Of a stretch of 64,000 nt of DNA, positions 57,398 through 64,000 are shown in pieces. The notes under the pieces were generated by a model, which was not told where the DNA came from, did not search any database, and worked only from the letters and a program-made list of their open reading frames with translations. The first letter of the stretch is position 1. Every line of letters begins with the position of its first letter. The DNA comes from a candidate division WOR-3 bacterium. GTDB lineage: Bacteria > Hydrothermota > Tepidihabitantia > Tepidihabitantales > CAIPLT01. Made by a program: the position numbers and the translations under genes. The DNA is taken from NCBI GenBank assembly GCA_965649215.1, contig CBFGJZ010000006.1, forward strand, positions 3,108 through 67,107, in the 5' to 3' direction.

Positions 57398-58536
57398 AAA
57401 AAATAGCAATTGTGGGTTCAACGGGTTCGATTGGAAAAGCATCAATAAAAGTAATTCGACATTTGAAATCAAAATTCTTAATTTATGCTTTAGCAGCAAA
57501 AGAAAATTATCGTATATTAGCTGAACAAATATTAGCTCTTAAGCCCAAAATAATTGTTGTTGGTGATAGTCAAATAAGAGAAAAATTATATAAATTAATT
57601 TCTCGTCATACCACAAACATTCAAATTTTAACAGGTGAAGATGGTTTAAATACAATTGCCACTGATCATAAGATTGATATAATTGTTTTTGCAATGACAG
57701 GCACTTCTGGAATTATACCCTTAATTAATGCTATAAAGCATCGTAAGCAAATTGCTTTGGCAACAAAAGAGCTTTTAGTAAGTTTTGGAAAAATAATAAT
57801 GCATTATGCACAGCAATATAATATTAAAATAGTACCCATCGATTCTGAACTGGTTGGTCTTCATCAATGTTTTACTGGACATAGTATTAACCAAGTTAAA
57901 AGAATAATAATCACTGCTTCTGGTGGTCCTTTTTACCAAAGAACAAATCTAAAAAATATCTCAATAAATGAAGCACTCAGGCATCCAATTTGGCAAATGG
58001 GGAAAAAAAATACTATTGATTCTGCCACCTTAGCAAATAAAGGGTTGGAAATAATTGAGGCTGCTCATCTTTTTTCAATTCCCTCAGAAAAAATTCAAGT
58101 CGTTATTCATCCTCAAAGTATTATTCATGCACTAATTGAGTTAAATGATAATTCTGTTATTGCTCAATTGGCTATGCCGGACATGAAAATTTGCATTCAA
58201 TATGCTTTGACTTATCCTGAGCGACTTCCATCGATGATAAAACCAATTGATTTTTCAAATTTACAATTAACATTCTTAAAACCTAATTTTAAAAAATTTC
58301 CTGCATTACAATTAGCGTATCAAGCATTAAGAATAAACGGTATTGCACCCTGTGTTTATAATTCTGCTAATGAAGTTGCCGTAAACTATTTTTTAGAGGG
58401 AAAGATCGACTTTACAATGATACCGAAAATAATCAAAAAAACACTACAAAACATGCCAATTATTAAAAATCCATCATTAACGCAATTATTAAAATATCAA
58501 TCATTAAGTAAAAAATATGCACAGAGTTTAATATGA
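57394..58536 (+). CDS. dxr: 1-deoxy-D-xylulose 5-phosphate reductoisomerase
   Basis: N-terminal NADPH motif (IAIVGSTGSIG), 380 aa, 4-nt overlap with ispD. Confidence 0.85.
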   Translation: MKKIAIVGSTGSIGKASIKVIRHLKSKFLIYALAAKENYRILAEQILALKPKIIVVGDSQIREKLYKLISRHTTNIQILTGEDGLNTIATDHKIDIIVFAMTGTSGIIPLINAIKHRKQIALATKELLVSFGKIIMHYAQQYNIKIVPIDSELVGLHQCFTGHSINQVKRIIITASGGPFYQRTNLKNISINEALRHPIWQMGKKNTIDSATLANKGLEIIEAAHLFSIPSEKIQVVIHPQSIIHALIELNDNSVIAQLAMPDMKICIQYALTYPERLPSMIKPIDFSNLQLTFLKPNFKKFPALQLAYQALRINGIAPCVYNSANEVAVNYFLEGKIDFTMIPKIIKKTLQNMPIIKNPSLTQLLKYQSLSKKYAQSLI

Positions 58537-59789
58537 TATCATCAATTTTTTTAGTGGCTATCGTAATTGGATCGTTAGTAATTATCCATGAATTTGGACA
58601 TTTGTTTTCAGCAAAATTATTAAAAATACCAGTCGAAATTTTTTCAGTTGGTTTTGGTCCTGTTATAGTTAAAAGACGTTTTGGCTCAACTGAATATCGC
58701 TTATCAATCATCCCATTAGGAGGTTATATTAAGCTAACCGGTGATGAACCTGATGCGAATATAGGTTTTAATACTGTACCATTTATTAAAAAGGCATTAG
58801 TTATAATTTCTGGACCAATCGCTAATTTTATCTTAGGAATTATTTTAACTATTATCCTTTATAGCAGTTTTGGTGTTTCTATAATCGAACCCAAAATCAT
58901 CATCGATGATGCAAACCTTACTACTTATTTACAAACCGGCGATGAAATTATCAAAATCAATGCTGATACTATAAAAAGCTGGGACGATGTTGAAAAACAT
59001 TATCAATCTAACATTGGCCAAAAAGTTATATTGACATTAAAACGAAAAGAACAATTATTAAGAATTGAATATTTAATTAATAGTGAAAGCATTCCGTTCC
59101 GCCCCCTGGTAAAACCAATTATTGAAAGAGTAAAAAAATCGAGTCCTGCGGATAAAATTGGAATTAAAAAAGATGATTTAATTCTACAAATTGATACGGT
59201 ACCAATATATGAATGGAGTCAATTTGTAAATCTTATTCAAGATATTAATACAAAAAAGCATTATCTAAAATGGCAAAGAGCAAATCGTATTTTTGAAGAT
59301 AGCATTACTGTTTTAATCACCCAAGATGACTTAAGTAAGACGAAAATCGGAACAATCGGAGTCTGGGTCAAATTACCAGAAAAAAAATTGCCAATTTTAC
59401 AATCAATTCTAACGGCTACTAAACGTTCAGTTTATGTTGCGATTCAAACAGTTGTAATATTATATAAAATCATTATTGGCGAAATCTCCAAATCAGCAAT
59501 TGGAGGCCCAGTTATGGTTGGTAAACTTACTTATGAAGGTGCTCAATGGGGTATTAAATATCTTTTAGGTTTGTGGGCAATCCTCTCGATTAATTTATGT
59601 GTCATAAATCTCTTTCCAATACCAATTTTAGATGGCGGACGAGTTTTACTCTTTGCAATTGAAAGTAGCATAAGGAAAAAATTTACAAAAAAGCAATGGG
59701 AATTTGCATTCTATATCGGTTATGCTTTAATTGCCATCTTGCTGATTTTTGCTTTATCGAATGATTTAACTCGTTTAATAAAAAAATAA
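58533..59789 (+). CDS. rseP: RIP (site-2) zinc metalloprotease RseP with PDZ domain
   Basis: HEFGHL zinc motif in the first TM helix, PDZ region, C-terminal LDGG motif; 4-nt overlap with dxr. Confidence 0.8.
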   Translation: MISSIFLVAIVIGSLVIIHEFGHLFSAKLLKIPVEIFSVGFGPVIVKRRFGSTEYRLSIIPLGGYIKLTGDEPDANIGFNTVPFIKKALVIISGPIANFILGIILTIILYSSFGVSIIEPKIIIDDANLTTYLQTGDEIIKINADTIKSWDDVEKHYQSNIGQKVILTLKRKEQLLRIEYLINSESIPFRPLVKPIIERVKKSSPADKIGIKKDDLILQIDTVPIYEWSQFVNLIQDINTKKHYLKWQRANRIFEDSITVLITQDDLSKTKIGTIGVWVKLPEKKLPILQSILTATKRSVYVAIQTVVILYKIIIGEISKSAIGGPVMVGKLTYEGAQWGIKYLLGLWAILSINLCVINLFPIPILDGGRVLLFAIESSIRKKFTKKQWEFAFYIGYALIAILLIFALSNDLTRLIKK

Positions 59790-60147
59790 ATATTTATGCC
59801 AATCGTTTTATATTCACCATGTTGTAAAGTTTTTCGACTTTAATATACTAGATCACCATACCTATTATTAATTATTGAAATCATAAATTCAAAGATGTGA
59901 ACTAATTAGTTAATTATTTTGTTGTGTTTTTTTATATAATATATTCATAATCAATAACTAACAATAAAAATCTGTATTTTAGGGGTATAGTGCTCTACTT
60001 TAAATTTTGATATTAATAGGATTGAATGATGTAAATTAGTTTTGTAGATTTAGTATTTATCAGGAAATTTAGATATCAAAGTTCTTCTAAAGATATTTAT
60101 TATTTATGATCTATGATTCAGTTTTATAATTAAATAATTTATCTCTG

Positions 60148-60360
60148 TTAATTTGTCTCTTTAGATTTTGATTTATTTATCATACTTACTAAAACTCCAA
60201 TTACAAATCCTATAGCTGTAGTGATTATTAGTAATAATATTAAGGGCATTTGTATTGAGATAAAAAGAATATGCGCTTGGACAGGTGCTCGATTCTGAAT
60301 GATTACAATGACAAGAATAATGACTAATATAATTATACTAATCAACTTCTTAATGTTCAT
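60148..60360 (-). CDS. LapA/YciS (DUF1049)-like small inner-membrane protein
   Basis: 70 aa, two TM segments with an interhelical QNR…V motif. Confidence 0.45.
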   Translation of the reverse strand: MNIKKLISIIILVIILVIVIIQNRAPVQAHILFISIQMPLILLLIITTAIGFVIGVLVSMINKSKSKETN

Positions 60361-60515
60361 ATTATCCTATCTCCTTTTTTAGAATAAATAATCTCAATAA
60401 ATGTTAATTTAATAATCAATAATGTCAATATTAAATATATCTAAATGCAGTGAATTATAATGTTAACATTACCTATTGACAAAAGTATTTTTTTTGTTAA
60501 AGTTTTATTCAAATA

Positions 60516-61556
60516 ATGGCTATTTTATATTTAAGTCGATATAACTTAAATAAGTGGTTAGAAAAAATTGCCGTTAAATATTTAGTATACATACCCACAT
60601 ATCAAGAAAATAAACTACATTATAAAAAAATAACAACTATTAATGAATTGCCGGAAGAACAATTATTCAACAAGGCATTACAACAAATTCGGGTAACTGA
60701 ATCATTAAAAGGCTTTTTCTTTAGTCCTAAAGTCTTAGTCGCTGGTTTAAACAAAACGGTTCAAATAGATATTAATATTGATAAAAGTCCACGTATTATT
60801 TTTGGTGCTAAAAATTGTGATTTACATCCACTACAGGTTCATCAGAAAATGTATCTAGAAAATGAATATTGTGACAATTTATATAAATCAGAATTAGAAC
60901 GAACATTAATCATTGCTGCTGACTGTCCTTATCCCCAAGAAACTTGCTTTTGTAATTTAGTTGGATTAAATCCGTATCCTGAAAAAGGAGCAGATATTAT
61001 CATTAGTGTTCTTGAAACAGGTTATCTTTTTGAAACTATAACTGTCAAAGGTAATGAACTTATTCATAGTACCAATCACTTCTTTCAAGAAGCATCCCTG
61101 GAAGACATTAAACAACGAGATTTATTGCGAGAACAAGCAATAAAAAAGTTGCATAGTACAAATGATTTAGTACTCAAAAAAGAAATACCTCTTTTAATTG
61201 AACAAAAACATGATGAAAAATTTTGGCAACATCATGCTGATAAGTGTGTTGAATGTTTTGGTTGTTTAATGGTGTGTCCAACCTGTTTTTGTTTTCTTTT
61301 ATATGATACGCCTATTAACGATGAAGGATTTAAAAGATATAAAATTTGGGATGCCTGTTATTTTAGTGCTTATGCTCGAGTTGGTGGAGGCATGAATACA
61401 CGCCCTGAATTTTGGAAACGTTTTCGCAATCGATTCCATTGTAAATTTATGAATTTTAAAAATGACTATAATTTTTTTGCTTGTTCCGGATGTAATCGAT
61501 GTTATTTAGTATGTATGGGTAAAATTGATATCAGAAACATACTTAAATCACTATGA
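60516..61556 (+). CDS. AsrA/HydB-like 4Fe-4S cluster electron-transfer subunit
   Basis: 346 aa; Cys clusters (CPYPQETCFC; CVECFGCLMVCPTCFC; CSGCNRCYLVC) typical of anaerobic sulfite reductase subunit A / sulfhydrogenase beta. Confidence 0.6.
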   Translation: MAILYLSRYNLNKWLEKIAVKYLVYIPTYQENKLHYKKITTINELPEEQLFNKALQQIRVTESLKGFFFSPKVLVAGLNKTVQIDINIDKSPRIIFGAKNCDLHPLQVHQKMYLENEYCDNLYKSELERTLIIAADCPYPQETCFCNLVGLNPYPEKGADIIISVLETGYLFETITVKGNELIHSTNHFFQEASLEDIKQRDLLREQAIKKLHSTNDLVLKKEIPLLIEQKHDEKFWQHHADKCVECFGCLMVCPTCFCFLLYDTPINDEGFKRYKIWDACYFSAYARVGGGMNTRPEFWKRFRNRFHCKFMNFKNDYNFFACSGCNRCYLVCMGKIDIRNILKSL

Positions 61557-62371
61557 TGAATCCATTTCAACCATTTGCAGTAAAAATAACTAAAATTATT
61601 GATGAAACCCCAACAATAAAAACATTTGTTTTAGATCTATTAGGGAATAAATTTTCATTTGATGCGGGTCAATTTATTGAATTAACTGTTCCTGGTGTTG
61701 GTGAAGCTCCTTTTACTCCTTCATCTTCACCATATATTAAAGATACCTTAGAAATGACAATTATGAAAGTCGGACGTGTTACTTCTGCACTTTTTGAAAA
61801 GAAAGTCGGTGATATTTTAGCAATTCGAGGTCCTTTTGGAAAACGATATCCTATTGAAAAGTTCGAAAAGAAAGAAGTTTTAATTCTTGGTGGTGGTGTT
61901 GGATTAGCGCCGTTACGCTCTCTATTTTTAGCATTAGCAGAAAATATTAAAAAATATGGAAAAATTTATATAAAATACGGGGCTAGAACTCCTCAAGATA
62001 TTGTATATAAATATCAAATTCCAGAATGGCAAACATGGAAAGGTGTAGATGTTGATTTATCCGTTGATGTTGGCAACAATGCATGGAAGGGTAAAATTGG
62101 AGTTGTAACTATACTACTAGAAAACTCTTTACCAAATCCACAAGAGATGGTCGCAGTTGTCTGTGGCCCCCCAATTATGATGAAATTTGGAACTATTAAA
62201 CTTCTTGAAAAAGGATTTAAGGGAAGTAATATTTATCTTTCTATGGAAAAGAATATGTCATGCGGAATCGGTCAGTGCGGACATTGTCGCTGTGGTAGAT
62301 ATTTCGTTTGTAAAGATGGTCCAGTTTTAACTTGGGACCAAATTAAAGACATTGAAGATCCTTTCCTATGA
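61553..62371 (+). CDS. AsrB/HydG/PyrK-like FAD/NAD(P)-binding 2Fe-2S oxidoreductase subunit
   Basis: 272 aa; ferredoxin-reductase-type fold motifs; C-terminal C-x4-C-x2-C…C (CGIGQCGHCRC…C); 4-nt overlap with the upstream gene. Confidence 0.65.
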   Translation: MMNPFQPFAVKITKIIDETPTIKTFVLDLLGNKFSFDAGQFIELTVPGVGEAPFTPSSSPYIKDTLEMTIMKVGRVTSALFEKKVGDILAIRGPFGKRYPIEKFEKKEVLILGGGVGLAPLRSLFLALAENIKKYGKIYIKYGARTPQDIVYKYQIPEWQTWKGVDVDLSVDVGNNAWKGKIGVVTILLENSLPNPQEMVAVVCGPPIMMKFGTIKLLEKGFKGSNIYLSMEKNMSCGIGQCGHCRCGRYFVCKDGPVLTWDQIKDIEDPFL

Positions 62372-64000
62372 ACCCAAAATATAAAATTTTGACAACTATT
62401 TGCCCGTTCTGTAAATATGGGTGTGAACTAAGTATTCAAGAAATGAATCAAGGAAATTATAAATTGCATCAAATAGAATATTTAAAAAGTTCAGGAATAA
62501 ATCAAGGACGACTTTGCCCTCGTGGCAATTCTGCTAAAATACTGTTGAGTCATCCCAAACGATTAACTTATCCTCTATTTAATAATAAAATTTTAAAATG
62601 GAGCGATATCATTCAAGATATACAAAAATTGATCCAAAACAGTTCTCCAGAGAACATAGCAATTACATATGATTGCAATAATACACTTGAAGAATTTTCT
62701 GATATCTACAATTTTGCGCATGCCCTCAAAACTGAAAACATAAGCTGCGTTTATTTTCATCCCGAACAATTTTTTAATTATGCGGTTAGCGAAATCAAAC
62801 AAATTGATATAAAAGACTTAAATAATAGCAAATTTTTACTAGTAATTGGTGATATTTTTGCTAAATCACCAGTCATTTCTAAACATATTTTAGATATTAA
62901 ATATAGCGATCGAAATAACAAAATATTTTATTTTGATGTGATTAAATCAAAATTAGCAGGTTTTGCAGATAAATTTATTTGGCTAAATCCAAATACAGAA
63001 CCGTTGGTTTTATTAGCCCTAATTTTAGAATCAAGTCGAGCAGCAAAGAATATTATAAGCAATAAGTACTACAATGAATTAACAAAGTTATTACCAACAA
63101 TCTATGAATTTCTTAATGTCAAACAAAAAGATATTCAAGATATTTGTCAAACTTTATTGAACAATCCCCATAGTCTAGTGCTTGTTGCCACAGACTTCGG
63201 TAAGACTAAAGACCCTTTATTGCTATCTCTCTTAAGTCAATTGTTTGCATCAATAACTCCATCTAAAAAATATTGTAGTTTAGCTTTAGCATCGATTCCT
63301 TTATCGAACATTAAATTTAGCACTATCTTAAATAAGATTAGAGATAATAAGATTAAAATACTAATTCATTTTGGTGAAGAATTTCCATATTATTATCCAC
63401 AATTACATCAATTTTTAATTAATTTAGATGTATTTATTTACACTTCAATGCTACGCAGTAACAGAGATCTATTAGCTAAACGAAATTACATTTTACCTGT
63501 TACTTCAACAATAGAAAAACAAGGGACTATAAATACTTTATGGTCAAAAACAACTATAAAACCAGTTATAGCTCCGATTGATGGCGCAAAATCCGTATCA
63601 GAAATAATTACTTTGCTTCATCCACATTTAAACCGAAATGCAAAAGTCAATTTAAATTATAAATCTCCTATTGATATAGAACGATTAATAAATCGTTGTA
63701 TCGAATATTGTAAGAATTTCTCTATAAATACTAATTCTGATGACTTTCATTTAATTGGTGAAGAATCAGCATATAATTATCGTGGGTATTTTAACGATTG
63801 CTCAAAGGAAGTTAAAATTAATCCTATCACAGCTAAAAAAATTAATATTAAAAATAACGACAGAATCCTTCTTATTTCTAACAATTGTCAAAAAGTATTT
63901 ATTACAAAAATTGTTAACTACTTGCCTTTAGATACAGTCTCAGTATCAACCGATTTACCCGATAATCGTTTACTATTTCCGATACAATTTGATAATTTAA
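62368..64000 (+). CDS. Divergent molybdopterin (Mo/W-bisPGD) oxidoreductase catalytic subunit, 3'-truncated by the window end; cytoplasmic (no Tat signal)
   Basis: N-terminal CxxCxxxC…C 4Fe-4S Mo-bisPGD motif (CPFCKYGCEL…GRLCPRG). Open frame with no in-frame stop to 64000, per hand translation. ATGA overlap with the upstream gene. C-terminal molybdopterin-dinucleotide-binding-like segment. Confidence 0.5.
   Translation, partial: MNPKYKILTTICPFCKYGCELSIQEMNQGNYKLHQIEYLKSSGINQGRLCPRGNSAKILLSHPKRLTYPLFNNKILKWSDIIQDIQKLIQNSSPENIAITYDCNNTLEEFSDIYNFAHALKTENISCVYFHPEQFFNYAVSEIKQIDIKDLNNSKFLLVIGDIFAKSPVISKHILDIKYSDRNNKIFYFDVIKSKLAGFADKFIWLNPNTEPLVLLALILESSRAAKNIISNKYYNELTKLLPTIYEFLNVKQKDIQDICQTLLNNPHSLVLVATDFGKTKDPLLLSLLSQLFASITPSKKYCSLALASIPLSNIKFSTILNKIRDNKIKILIHFGEEFPYYYPQLHQFLINLDVFIYTSMLRSNRDLLAKRNYILPVTSTIEKQGTINTLWSKTTIKPVIAPIDGAKSVSEIITLLHPHLNRNAKVNLNYKSPIDIERLINRCIEYCKNFSINTNSDDFHLIGEESAYNYRGYFNDCSKEVKINPITAKKINIKNNDRILLISNNCQKVFITKIVNYLPLDTVSVSTDLPDNRLLFPIQFDNL

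Noticed and set aside
62368-64000. In-frame TGA (selenocysteine) in the molybdopterin oxidoreductase
   Set aside because: Hand translation of the frame from 62368 to the window end shows no in-frame stop codon. There is therefore no evidence for a Sec codon within the visible part.

Overview
This 64 kb window comes from a low-GC (roughly 33-38 % by eye) bacterial chromosome and is mostly tightly packed housekeeping genes. The gene content points to a diderm anaerobic fermenter, possibly a candidate-phylum lineage. Cell-envelope genes include LptE-like, LapA/DUF1049-like, RseP, TPR and PD40 proteins. Anaerobic metabolism genes include NfnAB-like, a ferredoxin, ADP-forming acetyl-CoA synthetase, oxaloacetate-decarboxylase/pyruvate-carboxylase-type carboxyltransferases, tryptophanase, NADP-glutamate dehydrogenase and RNase Y.

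Recognisable genes in order:
- hsdR (type I restriction R subunit)
- two small unknown genes
- a palindromic repeat cluster
- an HTH protein
- an ECF sigma factor
- a WG-repeat secreted protein
- recJ
- a second copy of the repeat element
- rlmI
- ferredoxin
- a UPF0016 membrane protein
- truD
- a 928-aa secreted HEXXH/PD40 protein
- an ECF sigma / ZAS anti-sigma / Hsp20 unit
- mnmA
- nfnA/nfnB-like genes
- a stand-alone RAM-domain protein
- gdhA
- a PP-loop ATPase plus Nfu
- trpS and tnaA
- an amidohydrolase
- rlmD
- an lptE-like gene
- a DUF4870 protein
- guaB, an OsmC protein, tlpA, trxA, dprA, a TPR protein and tRNA-Arg(CCT), all on the minus strand
- a Zn-ribbon protein
- a DASS transporter
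- ADP-forming acetyl-CoA synthetase
- an acetyl-CoA hydrolase/transferase fused to a GNAT domain
- thi4
- lon
- Hsp20
- a ymdB-like gene
- rny
- a GC-rich intergenic candidate ncRNA
- zapA and a zapB-like gene
- pheT
- a BCCP plus two tandem carboxyltransferase paralogues
- murF
- queA
- ispD, dxr and rseP
- a LapA-like protein
- an AsrA-like / AsrB-like / Mo-bisPGD oxidoreductase cluster, the last gene truncated by the window end

No rRNA genes or CRISPR arrays were seen.

The most noteworthy loci are:
- a GC-elevated block at about 3.2-7 kb, next to the type I restriction gene
- a family of palindromic, MITE-like intergenic repeats at two loci
- a GC-rich structured intergenic region between zapA and rny, a candidate ncRNA
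- the acetyl-CoA-transferase-GNAT fusion next to an ADP-forming acetyl-CoA synthetase
- the AsrAB-like module coupled to a divergent molybdopterin oxidoreductase

All functional calls rest on motif and family recognition by eye; no database searches were run.
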